From the NCBI GenBank assembly GCA_034440375.1, contig JAWXBZ010000117.1:1-23038 (forward strand): a stretch of 23,038 nucleotides of DNA, in the 5' to 3' direction. Both the position numbers and the translations under genes were made by a program. Position 1 is the first letter of the stretch, and every line of letters begins with the position of its first letter. The notes under the pieces are model-generated. The model searched no databases, had not been told where the DNA came from, and saw nothing but the letters and a program-made list of their open reading frames with translations. Below, one piece after another: positions 8,963 through 17,907 of the stretch. This stretch comes from Candidatus Eiseniibacteriota bacterium (GTDB lineage: Bacteria > Eisenbacteria > RBG-16-71-46 > JABDJR01 > JAWXBZ01).

Positions 8963-8989
8963 CGAGCAGACGGCCGCAATGCCTTGAAC

Positions 8990-10171
8990 TGTCCCTCCCG
9001 AAAACTCGTACTTGCGTACCTGATTTGACTTAGCCCTCCTCGTCTGGCAGCCTCCCGCGCTTCGATTCGACACCCGTGACCCGCACCCAGAGAGTGATTT
9101 TCAATGACCCCAGTCCTCCGCGCGATCATGACTTTCATCGCCGGCCTGTTCCGGGCCCGCCTTTCCCTCCAGCTCGAAGTCATGGCCCTCCGGCATCAGC
9201 TCGGGGTTTATCAGCGCGGCAGGGAACGACCGAAACTTACACCTGCGGATCGCATGTTATGGGCGTGGCTGGCTCGGTCCTGGTCGGGGTGGCGAGACGC
9301 ATTGATTTTCGTCAAGCCAGAGACCGTGATCTCATGGCAACGCAAACGGTTCCGGGACTATTGGACGAAGCTCTTCCGTGGAGGAAAGCCCGGTCGGCCG
9401 CGCATCCCTGTCGAGGTGCAGGACTTGATTCGCCGAATGTCGTTGGCCAATCGGCTGTGGGGCGCGGAGCGAGTCGTTGGCGAGTTGAAGAAGATCGGTA
9501 TTGAGATCGCGAAGTCGACGGTAGAGAAGTACATGGCGCGACCGTCGAGGCCGGGAATCCCCAGTCAGTCGTGGAAGACATTCCTGCGAAACCACATGAA
9601 GGAGATCATCTCCATCGACTTCTTCGTTGTACCGACGATCCGAAATCAGGTCCTGTACGTGTTCCTGGTCCTCGAACTGGAGCGTCGGCGAGTCGTTCAC
9701 TTTGACGTGACGACTAACCCGACGGCGGAATGGACGGGCCAGCAGATGCTGGAGGCATTTCCATGGGAGGCGCCACCCACGTACCTGTTGCGGGATCGGG
9801 ACCGGATCTACGAGGGGGCCTTCCGGAAGCGCGTAACCGCCATCGGCTTCGAGGAGATCCTGATCGCGCCGCGTAGCCCGTGGCAGAACCCGTTCGTCGA
9901 GCGGCTAATTGGTACGATTCGGCGGGAATGCTTGGACCACGTCATTGTCCTCGACGAGCGGCACCTGAAGAGGCTGCTCCGAGCATATCTGGGCTATTAT
10001 CATGGGTGGCGGACGCATCAGTCGCTCAAGATGGATGCACCTGATGGGCGACCGATTCAGGCGATCTCGTCATGCCACGTGGTCGAGATCCCGGAATGTG
10101 GCGGGCTTCATCATCACTATGAGCGGAAGGCGGCGTGACGAACGTGCGCGATGGAGTTTTCGGGAGGGACA
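8990..10171 (+). mobile_element. Complete insertion sequence (IS481-like/IS3-superfamily rve type), 1182 bp
   Basis: Perfect 18-bp IRs TGTCCCTCCCGAAAACTC (8990-9007) and GAGTTTTCGGGAGGGACA (10154-10171). TGT...ACA termini. GAAC direct repeat at 8986-8989 and 10172-10175. Confidence 0.93.
9104..10138 (+). CDS. DDE transposase, integrase core domain
   Basis: Candidate catalytic motifs ISIDFF, LLRDRD and PWQNPFVERLIGTIRRECLD. N-terminal LRHQL...KPETV..W and NRLWGAERVVGELKK motifs. Confidence 0.95.
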   Translation: MTPVLRAIMTFIAGLFRARLSLQLEVMALRHQLGVYQRGRERPKLTPADRMLWAWLARSWSGWRDALIFVKPETVISWQRKRFRDYWTKLFRGGKPGRPRIPVEVQDLIRRMSLANRLWGAERVVGELKKIGIEIAKSTVEKYMARPSRPGIPSQSWKTFLRNHMKEIISIDFFVVPTIRNQVLYVFLVLELERRRVVHFDVTTNPTAEWTGQQMLEAFPWEAPPTYLLRDRDRIYEGAFRKRVTAIGFEEILIAPRSPWQNPFVERLIGTIRRECLDHVIVLDERHLKRLLRAYLGYYHGWRTHQSLKMDAPDGRPIQAISSCHVVEIPECGGLHHHYERKAA

Positions 10172-10316
10172 GAACAGGAAAACGAGGCCGAGGCAAAAAA
10201 GCAGTCTCGGGAAAAGTGCCAGAGCGGTTCATTTGCATTGAGACGCTATCTCTGCTCAAAACGGGCGAGGTGAGACAGGCACGGCACGACGCGTGAGTCA
10301 GGCGAAGGTTGTCGCG

Positions 10317-10916
10317 TCAGCGCCCCAGAAAGACGAGACGACGCGTGAGGCGGGTCCAGGGGGTGCTCAGGCGGACGAAGTATATGCCCGACGGGACCAC
10401 GTGATCGTGCCGGTCGCGGAATGTCCACAGAGTGGAATGAGATCCCGCCGGCAGGTTCTCGGATCTCCATCCCTGCACGAGGCCCCCGGCCACGTCGAAA
10501 ATCTGGAGCTCCACAGAAGCGGTGACGGCCAGTTCGAAACTGAGTTGCACCCGGGCCCGGGCCGGATTTGGCTGTGGCTCTGCCAGACGGACCCGTGATC
10601 CGACTTCCACGATCACGCCGGAGACGTCCTCTTCGACGACGATTCCTCTGACGATCTTCTCCACGTAATCGTTCACGCGGATCTGGAGGTCATAGGTGGC
10701 GGCCGGAAGGTTCGCTATGCAGAAGGCTCCCGCCGCGTCTGTGACCGCCACGCGCCCCGCGTAAACGCCGCCGGCGAAAACAAAAACACCGGCTCCCGCC
10801 ACCGGGCCGTGGGACGAGCCGTCCTTCACCGAACCGCAGAGAGTTCCGGCCATAGCGCTCTGCGGCGCCCCGGCGAGGGAACAGATCAGAAAAAAGACGT
10901 ACCTTGAAAATTTCAT
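10317..10916 (-). CDS. Small secreted protein: one carboxypeptidase-regulatory-like domain plus FlgD-Ig/T9SS-like C-terminal domain
   Basis: Signal peptide ending SAMA. GTLCGSVKD...TDAAGAFCIANLPAATYDL domain. C-terminus PQPNP...IFDVAGGLV...WTFRD..D.VVPSGIYFVRL. Confidence 0.88.
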   Translation of the reverse strand: MKFSRYVFFLICSLAGAPQSAMAGTLCGSVKDGSSHGPVAGAGVFVFAGGVYAGRVAVTDAAGAFCIANLPAATYDLQIRVNDYVEKIVRGIVVEEDVSGVIVEVGSRVRLAEPQPNPARARVQLSFELAVTASVELQIFDVAGGLVQGWRSENLPAGSHSTLWTFRDRHDHVVPSGIYFVRLSTPWTRLTRRLVFLGR

Positions 10917-11095
10917 GGCGCCTCAGATCTTGCAGTATGAACAGATTCAGTTGGAACGCCAATAATAGCAAATAATCTCGACTTCGGGTTGATATTGCTG
11001 TTAGGATATCACGTTATCATCCCGCCGGCCGCAAGCTCACCGATGGCAGGCCGCCATCCACCGAGACTATTCCGGACATCAAAAAGGGCATCATC

Positions 11096-13327
11096 ATGAG
11101 ACAGCCTCGTAATCTGATGGCATGCGGTCTCGTTCTTCTTATGGGTGCGTTCTTCTCCTGTCAGAATGACTCCAATCTGGCTCCCATCCCTCTCGAAAAT
11201 TCCGGGACAACGTACCTCACCGGCACGGTCTTGACTTCCAGCGGCCCTTTCGCCGATGCCATCGTGACCCTCGAGCCAGTCGTGAACGATCTTCCTCTTC
11301 ACATCCACCAAAGCATGACTGGCCTGCCCGCGCGCAGCAACCTTGCCGTGGTTTCCATGGAGGCGTCTGGCGTTCGGGCGGCCGTATCGGACGAGGCGGG
11401 ACATTATTCGTTTCCGTTGGTCGAGCCTGGAAGCTATCAGCTCGAGGTCCGTGGGCGCGACCACCTGGGTGCCACTCGCCGCCTGACGATCGGTCCTTCG
11501 CTCGGCGCGCTCGCCGAAACGACTCTGGTCGATATACGCCTGTCGCCCACCGGTGACTATTACGGGACCGTCCTGCTCGAGACCGCGTCGAGTTACCAGG
11601 GAACTCTGGTCGCGATCGACGGCACGTCTCACGTGGCGGTTACGAATTCAGCTGGCGGTTATGTCATTGAAGCAGTTCCGGTCGGATCTCATCTCGTCCG
11701 GGCCGTGCACAGTGGGTACCTCGACCGGACGGTGAACGGAACGCTGGCCGCGGCGGGGGACAGCATCCCACTTCTGCCGTTCACGCTGCCGCGCGACTCC
11801 AATATCGCGCCTGTGGCGGTGGCGAGCGCGCCGGTCGACACGATAGGGGATCTGCCGACCCACTTCAGCGGCTCGGGAATGGACAAGGATGGCACCGTCG
11901 TGCGCTACGAATGGGATTTCCAGGACGACGGCACGTTTGATTACGGGAGTCCTACATCGGCTACTGCGGCGTTCACCTTCACGCAGGCCGGAACGTACCG
12001 GGCCCGACTCCGGGTGCTCGACGACGACGGGGCGATCGGGGTGGACATCATAACGTTCACTATCCTTGAACCTGTGATCTACGTTGCGACGTCAGGTTCC
12101 AATGCCAATCCGGGAACGAAGGTGGCTCCGGTGGCCACGATCGCGCGCGGAATCGAACTCGCCCAGGCCACCGGCCGTGATGTTCGCGTGGGCGGCGGAA
12201 CGTACTCTGAAACGGTTACTCTGGTGAACACTGTGTCCATCCAGGGAGGCTACAATCCCTTAACGTGGATTCGTGACCTGCCGAACCAGATAACCCGCAT
12301 CGTCGGTTCGGCCGTCGCTGTTCGGGGTACGTCGGTTCAGAATCTGGACCTTAATGGCCTGACCATCGAAAGCGCCAATGCCACCGCGCCGGGGGAGAGT
12401 TCCTACGGAATCTTTCTCACCTCCTGCCAGTCCATTACCGTTCGCGATTGCCGTGTGCTTGCCGGGCGCGGAGCGAATGGGACTTCCGGGATGAATGGGT
12501 CTAATGGCTCGTCAGGATCTGCGGGTGGTATCGGAACGCCCGGCTGCGAAAACAGTACCAGTTTCGCCTGCGTTACGTGTTCGCAACCCCAAGGGGGCTT
12601 TGGTGGAACGAGTATCGGTGGCGTCGGCGGTGGAAGGGGTGGCGTTCCGGGACTGGGCGCTCTGACCGGCTCCATCGGTCTGCCCGGCATGGGGCTCAAT
12701 CCCGGGTCCGGAGGACCGGGCTCGAGCTGCGCGCCCGGGTGCAGCGGGGTGCCGGGTCAGCCGGGCCAATCGGGGCTGGCGGGAACGAATGGACCGGGAG
12801 GTGCCTCGTTCGGATCGGCGCTTTCCGGATACGGGGCGGCCAACGGCACTTCCGGCGGAGCCGGACAGTCCGGCAGTGGCGGGGGTGGCGGCGCCGGCGG
12901 AACAGCGGGAGGCCTGGGCACGAACGGCAGCGGGGGCGGAGGATCATTCGCAATCTGGGTCATCAACAGTAGTAATGTCTCGGTGACCAGTTGCATCCTA
13001 GAGACGGCCGGAGGCGGCACGGGCGGCACCGGCGGAACCGGAGGCAACGGCGGCGCGGGCGCAAACGGCGGAGCCGGTGGCCCCTACGGCGGCCCCAGCG
13101 ATCAGGATGACGGCGGCAGCGGCGCCGCCGGCGGCGCCGGCGGCGCCGGCGGCCGTGGCGGTCACGGCGGTGGCGGCGGCGGCGGACCGTCGATCGGCGT
13201 AGCGGTTTCCTCGACCACGGGGTTCTCGGTGACGCTGTCGACATTCGTGCTCGGCAATGCCGGACCTGGAGGAGCGAGCAGTGGCTTTCCCGGTTCAGCG
13301 GGCCTCCGGCAGAACACCGGGCCCTGA
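11096..13327 (+). CDS. Lipoprotein with carboxypeptidase-regulatory-like domains, PKD domain, DUF1565/beta-helix region and Gly-rich (PGRS-like) C-terminus
   Basis: Lipobox-like LLMGAFFS-C. PKD motif D.DGTVVRYEWDFQDDG...FTQAGTYRARLRV.DDDG. IYVATSGSNANPGT...TIARGI motif. Long GG.GG tracts. Confidence 0.88.
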   Translation: MRQPRNLMACGLVLLMGAFFSCQNDSNLAPIPLENSGTTYLTGTVLTSSGPFADAIVTLEPVVNDLPLHIHQSMTGLPARSNLAVVSMEASGVRAAVSDEAGHYSFPLVEPGSYQLEVRGRDHLGATRRLTIGPSLGALAETTLVDIRLSPTGDYYGTVLLETASSYQGTLVAIDGTSHVAVTNSAGGYVIEAVPVGSHLVRAVHSGYLDRTVNGTLAAAGDSIPLLPFTLPRDSNIAPVAVASAPVDTIGDLPTHFSGSGMDKDGTVVRYEWDFQDDGTFDYGSPTSATAAFTFTQAGTYRARLRVLDDDGAIGVDIITFTILEPVIYVATSGSNANPGTKVAPVATIARGIELAQATGRDVRVGGGTYSETVTLVNTVSIQGGYNPLTWIRDLPNQITRIVGSAVAVRGTSVQNLDLNGLTIESANATAPGESSYGIFLTSCQSITVRDCRVLAGRGANGTSGMNGSNGSSGSAGGIGTPGCENSTSFACVTCSQPQGGFGGTSIGGVGGGRGGVPGLGALTGSIGLPGMGLNPGSGGPGSSCAPGCSGVPGQPGQSGLAGTNGPGGASFGSALSGYGAANGTSGGAGQSGSGGGGGAGGTAGGLGTNGSGGGGSFAIWVINSSNVSVTSCILETAGGGTGGTGGTGGNGGAGANGGAGGPYGGPSDQDDGGSGAAGGAGGAGGRGGHGGGGGGGPSIGVAVSSTTGFSVTLSTFVLGNAGPGGASSGFPGSAGLRQNTGP

Positions 13328-13356
13328 GGCCCAGCCAGTTCGGCGATTTCTGTCTC

Positions 13357-13403
13357 TGTCCCTCCCGAAAACTCGTACTTGCGTACCTGATTTGACTTAG
13401 CCC
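13357..13403 (+). mobile_element. Orphan left end of the 8990-10171 IS (47 bp)
   Basis: Identical to 8990-9036 (TGTCCCTCCCGAAAACTCGTACTTGCGTACCTGATTTGACTTAGCCC), then diverges abruptly. Confidence 0.92.
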
Positions 13404-13649
13404 GTAGGGTCAAAGTATTAAGCCCCGCCAGTAAAGGTGTCATTCCGTGGTCTGCGGCGCCTGGCGTGAGAAGAGACTGTCGAGGTTTGGCCGGTCTGCC
13501 GGCCGTTATTCCGGGGGGTGACGCGATGAGGGCGAGCGAAATGGGCCCCGAATGCGCCGGGTGAGGCGGCCTCGCCGACCCCGCAGGGTCAAAATATCTG
13601 GCCGCACAGGAATTGGTGTCATTCCGCGATCCGCGGCATCCGGCGTGAG
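13401..13649. repeat. Two 70-bp imperfect direct repeats (13401-13470, 13580-13649), IS-end-like
   Basis: Ungapped hand alignment gives 52/70 identity, with CCCG(T/C)AGGGTCAAA(G/A)TAT ... GGTGTCATTCCG ... GCGGC ... GGCGTGAG conserved. Confidence 0.8.
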
Positions 13650-13774
13650 TGTCGAAGTCTCTTGCCGAGGGGTCAGGATGCCGCTCGGGTCAGGCCGCCA
13701 GCGCGAACACGTTTGCCGCGGTCTCCTTCCGGCCCCGACGCCCCGCCCAGCGCACCACCCGCCCCGCCAAAGTT

Positions 13775-13875
13775 CGTTTAAAGGGGTCATCTGGTCCGCC
13801 AGTTTGATCTTTGAGCTTTTCGGCCAGTAAGTCGAAGGGCTTTTTGTATGTGTGGATCAAGCTTACGCTGTCGCA
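13775..13875 (-). pseudogene. Probable C-terminal remnant of a large serine recombinase
   Basis: CDSVSLIHTYKKPFDLLAEKLK resembles the terminal L.PTY(R/K)KPFD.LAE motif recalled for many large serine recombinases. No catalytic domain is present. Confidence 0.45.
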
Positions 13876-13925
13876 AGATCCCGCAGCCACAATATGGCCC
13901 TTTGATGGAAACGCGAGGCAGGCGA

Positions 13926-16900
13926 ATGTTCCGTGGGGTTCCCGCTGTCACTGTTGGCTTTCCGCGACCCGCTATCACCACTCGGCTCATTGCCGCACTC
14001 CTGCTCTTTCTCCTTCCCCCCCTGACCCTCGCCGCCAAGAAGACCGACGGCAAGGTGACCGACGAGACGGGACCCCTCACGCTCGAAAAGGTATCGCTTG
14101 GCGGACTTTCGTTCCGGAGCATCGGGCCGGCGGTGACCGGGGGGCGGGTGATCGACATCGAGGTCAATCCCCGGGATCACTCCGAGTATTACGTTGCCTC
14201 GGGGCACGGATCGCTCTGGAAGACGACGAACTCCGGGGTGACGTTCTTGCCGGTGTTCGACGGTGAGTCGTCGTTCTCGATGGGCGCCGTTACCCTCGAC
14301 CCCTCGAATCCGAACGTAGTCTGGGTCGGGACCGGAGAGAACAACGCTCATTCCTACGTCGTGCCGGGCGACGGCGTCTACAAGAGCGAGGACGGCGGGA
14401 AGTCCTGGGTCAACAAGGGGCTGAAGAAATCCCAGCAGATCGGCGAGATCGTGGTTCATCCGAATGATCCGAACATTGTCTGGGTGGCGGCTTACGGGCC
14501 ACACCGGGCTTCCGGGGGAGATCGCGGGGTCTTCAAGACGACGGATGGGGGCGCAACCTGGGTGAATGTGCTTCACCCCAGCGACCACACGGGCTGCTGG
14601 CAACTGCACATGGACCCTCGGAATCCCGACGTCCTCTACACGGTGGCCCATCAGCGTCAGCGCTACCTGACCACCATCGTGTCGGGTGGTGACGAGAGCG
14701 CGATTTACAAGACCACGGACGGCGGGAAGAGCTGGAAGCGGCTCGAGGGGGGCCTGCCGCAGAAGAAGGTCGGGCGCATCGGAATGGACATCTCGCCGGT
14801 CGATCCTGACATGCTCTACGCGGTCGTGGAAGCCAAGGAAAAAAAGGAGCGGGGAACGTACCGGAGCACCGACGCGGGCGCCAGCTGGACCCGCATGGGC
14901 GATTACGTCACCACCTACACGTTCTACTTCCAGAGACTCATCTGCGACACCGAAAACGTCGATCGCGTCTATGGCCTGGACGTCTTCAGCCAGGTCACCA
15001 TCGACGGCGGCAAGAGCTGGTCGCGGCTGGGCGAGGACATGAAGCACGTGGACAACCACGCGCTCTGGATCGATCCGAACGACTCGCGACACCTTCTTTC
15101 CGGGTGCGATGGCGGCGTCTACGAGTCGTTCGACCGGGCGGCCGCGTGGGCCTTCAAGGCCAATCTGCCCGTGGCCGAGGCCTACAAGGTGACGGTCGAC
15201 AACACCAGGCCCTTCTACAACATCTATATCGGCACGCAGGACAACAACAGCCTCGGCGGGCCATCGCGGACTCTCAACTCGAGCGGTATCACGAACGCCG
15301 ATTGGGTCTTCACCCAGGGGGGCGACGGCTTCGAGACTCAGGTGGACTGGTCGGATCCGAACATCGTCTACTCGCAGGCGCAGTTCGGGGCGCTTGTCCG
15401 TTACGACAGGAAAAGCGGCGAGCGACTCTACCTGAGAAGTTTTGAGCCGGAGGGAAAGCCGGCGTACCGCTTTGACTGGGATGCGGCGCTGCTCATCTCC
15501 CGTCACGATCACGCGCGCCTCTACCACGGCGGCAACATGGTGCTGCGCTCCGACGATCGGGGGGAGAGCTGGCGGGAGATCAGCCCGGATCTCACCCGTG
15601 GAGTTCCAAAAGAGTTGCACCACCTGATGGGCCGCAGCTGGAGCAGCGACGAGCTGGTCTCGAAGACGTCGTTCGCGCATATCGTGTCCCTCGCGGAGTC
15701 GCCTCTCGACGAGAAGCGACTCTATGCGGGTTCGGGAGACGGTCTCCTGCACTACACGCACGACGGTGGAGTAAGCTGGCATCGGGCCGAGCTCACGGGA
15801 CTGCCAGAGTTCGCGCGGATCCATCAGATTACGACCTCGCCGGCCGACGTCGACGTGGCCTTCGCGGCCTGCCACAACTTTTTCGCCGGGGATTTCCGGC
15901 CCTGGCTGTACAAGACAACCGACGGCGGCGCCCACTGGACCTCGATCAGCGCGAACCTCCCGGAACATGGCTCGACCTACACGATCGCGGTGGACGATGT
16001 CGATCCGAATCTCCTCTTCGTCGGCACCATGACCGGTGTCTTCGTCTCGAACACGCCGGACATCCAGTGGGTCAAGCTGAAGGCCGGTCTTCCGGCGACG
16101 GTCCAGGTGACCGACATGGAACTCCAGAGAGACGAGGACGACCTGGTCATCTCCACCTTCGGCCGGGGTGTCCACATCCTCGACGACTACACGCCGCTTC
16201 GCGGGCTGACCCAGAAGATACTGGAAGAGCCGGCGACGCTCTTCCCGGTGGCCGACGCATTGATGTTCGTCCAGGCCGACCCGATGGGATTCCGGGGCGT
16301 CGGATTCCAGGGCGCCTCGTTCTATTCCGCACCCAATCCCGAAGTCGGCGCGGTGATCACCTGCTATGTCAAGGAAGACTACAAGTCGCTCGAGAAGCAG
16401 CGGAATGAGGCGGAAAAGAAGCTCCAGGAGGCGGGCAAGGACGTTCACTACCCGGCCTACGAGGCACTGAAGAAGGAGGCCGCCGAGGTGGAGCCCTATC
16501 TCCTTTTCGTGATTTCCGACGCCGAGGGGCGGCCGCTCCGGAAGATCAAGAAGCAGCCGATCAAGGCCGGTGTCCAGCGGGTGGTCTGGGACTTCCGAAC
16601 GAGCCCCGTCGTCCCGATCTCCCTCGATCCCCCTGACAACTCCGTTCCATGGAACGAGCCGGACCGCGGCTACATGGTGCCTCCCGGTCAGTATCGGGTG
16701 ACCATGTACCGCTACCAGGAAGGGAAGCTCTCCCCCCTGGGCTCACCGCAACCGCTGAACTGCCAATCGCTCCACGCCGCGAGCCTGCCCTTGGCCGATC
16801 AGGAGGCCTTGCGCGTCTTCAATGAAAAGGTGGCCGCTCTGACGCGCGCGATCTCGGCGGCCGACGCCCATCGCGGTCGCCTGAACGAGGCCCTGCCCTA

Positions 16901-17267
16901 TCTTGAGGCCGCCGGGATGAGCGTGCCGGTTCTCGACGAGGTTCAGCTTGCCGAACTCTCTTCGATCCGCGCGCGCCTGAAGGAGATCAATGAGGAGCTG
17001 AACGGCGACAATCTCCTGCCCCGCTATGAAGGCCAGGCCCGCATGTCCCTCAAAGGCCGGACCAGCCTTATCACCGAGTCGTTGTGGAGCACGACCGCTG
17101 GACCGACCGGGACCTTCGAGCGGGCTTACGAAGAAGCACACGCCACCTTCGGCAAGGTGCTTGACGAGCTGCGGCAGGTGCACGATCGGACCCGGGCTAT
17201 CGAAGATGCGCTGGAGCGTGCGGGGGCTCCATATACTCCGAGGCGGATGCCGGTCTGGAAGGAGTAG
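13926..17267 (+). CDS. Secreted BNR/Asp-box (sortilin/VPS10-like) beta-propeller protein, commonly annotated as a glycosyl hydrolase
   Basis: FRSIGPAVTGGRV and WVGTGE motifs, many (S/T).DGG.(S/T)W Asp-boxes, HVDNHALWIDP, GTQDN, GGDGF and TFGRG, plus a helical C-terminus. The start is uncertain (ORF open from 13848; ATG 13926 precedes the hydrophobic signal). Confidence 0.9.
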   Translation: MFRGVPAVTVGFPRPAITTRLIAALLLFLLPPLTLAAKKTDGKVTDETGPLTLEKVSLGGLSFRSIGPAVTGGRVIDIEVNPRDHSEYYVASGHGSLWKTTNSGVTFLPVFDGESSFSMGAVTLDPSNPNVVWVGTGENNAHSYVVPGDGVYKSEDGGKSWVNKGLKKSQQIGEIVVHPNDPNIVWVAAYGPHRASGGDRGVFKTTDGGATWVNVLHPSDHTGCWQLHMDPRNPDVLYTVAHQRQRYLTTIVSGGDESAIYKTTDGGKSWKRLEGGLPQKKVGRIGMDISPVDPDMLYAVVEAKEKKERGTYRSTDAGASWTRMGDYVTTYTFYFQRLICDTENVDRVYGLDVFSQVTIDGGKSWSRLGEDMKHVDNHALWIDPNDSRHLLSGCDGGVYESFDRAAAWAFKANLPVAEAYKVTVDNTRPFYNIYIGTQDNNSLGGPSRTLNSSGITNADWVFTQGGDGFETQVDWSDPNIVYSQAQFGALVRYDRKSGERLYLRSFEPEGKPAYRFDWDAALLISRHDHARLYHGGNMVLRSDDRGESWREISPDLTRGVPKELHHLMGRSWSSDELVSKTSFAHIVSLAESPLDEKRLYAGSGDGLLHYTHDGGVSWHRAELTGLPEFARIHQITTSPADVDVAFAACHNFFAGDFRPWLYKTTDGGAHWTSISANLPEHGSTYTIAVDDVDPNLLFVGTMTGVFVSNTPDIQWVKLKAGLPATVQVTDMELQRDEDDLVISTFGRGVHILDDYTPLRGLTQKILEEPATLFPVADALMFVQADPMGFRGVGFQGASFYSAPNPEVGAVITCYVKEDYKSLEKQRNEAEKKLQEAGKDVHYPAYEALKKEAAEVEPYLLFVISDAEGRPLRKIKKQPIKAGVQRVVWDFRTSPVVPISLDPPDNSVPWNEPDRGYMVPPGQYRVTMYRYQEGKLSPLGSPQPLNCQSLHAASLPLADQEALRVFNEKVAALTRAISAADAHRGRLNEALPYLEAAGMSVPVLDEVQLAELSSIRARLKEINEELNGDNLLPRYEGQARMSLKGRTSLITESLWSTTAGPTGTFERAYEEAHATFGKVLDELRQVHDRTRAIEDALERAGAPYTPRRMPVWKE

Positions 17268-17357
17268 CAGAGGCGATGAATAGAGTCCTCGGCAGTCAGG
17301 GTGGTCAAGGTACTTTCGGTTTGGCTCGCAAACGTGCTTCTCTTCATTCTGTCGGCC

Positions 17358-17490
17358 GGTCCCTCCCGAAAACTCGTGCTTGCGTACCTGATTTGATTTA
17401 GCCCCCCTCGTCTGGCAGCGTCCCGCGCTTCGATTCGACACCGTGACCCGCATCCAGAGAGCCATTTCCCATGACCCCGATCCTCAGCGC
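17358..17490 (+). mobile_element. Orphan, diverged left end of the same IS including the first transposase codons (MTPILSA)
   Basis: About 90% identical by hand alignment to 8990-9123. The terminal T is changed to G, and homology stops after about 7 codons. Confidence 0.9.
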
Positions 17491-17608
17491 AGCCCGGAAG
17501 CGATCTTCAGTGGCGTTCGACGTTTGCCTGGTCGCCGGGTTCCAGCCCCAGCGTCTCTGCCCTGCAGCTCGAGTGGGAAACGGAAGTGGATGTGTCCGCC
17601 GTAACAGA

Positions 17609-17906
17609 CGGCCGTTTCTTGTCATGGAGTTCGTGCGCGGGGTCCCGCTGCTGGACTTTGCCACCAGCCGCAATCTGGACGTTCCAGCGCGCCTCAAGCT
17701 CTTTCGGGAGGTCTGCGAAGCCGTCCAGTTTGCCCACCGTAATCTGGTCGTCCACCGCGATCTCAAGCCGTCCAACATCCTCGTGACCGATGAGGGCTCG
17801 GCCAGGCTCCTCGACTTCGGAATTTCCAAAGTCATTTCAGATGATGGAGAATCCGCCGATCTGACCATGGCGGTTGCTCTCATGACACCGGAGTATGCGA
17901 GCCCAG
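17609..17906 (+). pseudogene. Internal fragment of a Ser/Thr kinase (subdomains V-VIII)
   Basis: RPFLVMEFVRG...VQFAHRNLVVHRDLKPSNILV...LLDFGISK...MTPEYASP. It lacks the N-lobe and everything after ASP. Confidence 0.88.
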
Positions 17907-17907
17907 T

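Noticed and set aside
10220..10258. Weak palindrome GAGCGG...CTGCTC as a terminator or MITE
   Set aside because: The stem is short and imperfect, there is no U-tract, and it occurs as a single copy.
13010..13190. GGC-rich tandem repeats
   Set aside because: Explained by glycine codons of the lipoprotein's Gly-rich region.
13770..13805. CCGCCA motifs suggesting a tRNA 3' end or att site
   Set aside because: No T-arm (GTTCGAA) stem-loop or cloverleaf could be built.
13863..16448. 861-aa minus-strand ORF (and similar antisense ORFs such as 20694-21905 and 2258-2965)
   Set aside because: These are antisense shadows of high-GC3 genes, have no recognisable motifs, and fully overlap well-supported CDSs.
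17507..17560. ETLGLEPGDQANV on the minus strand, reminiscent of AbrB/MazE-type domains
   Set aside because: Too short, with no start or surrounding domain; a chance match is likely.
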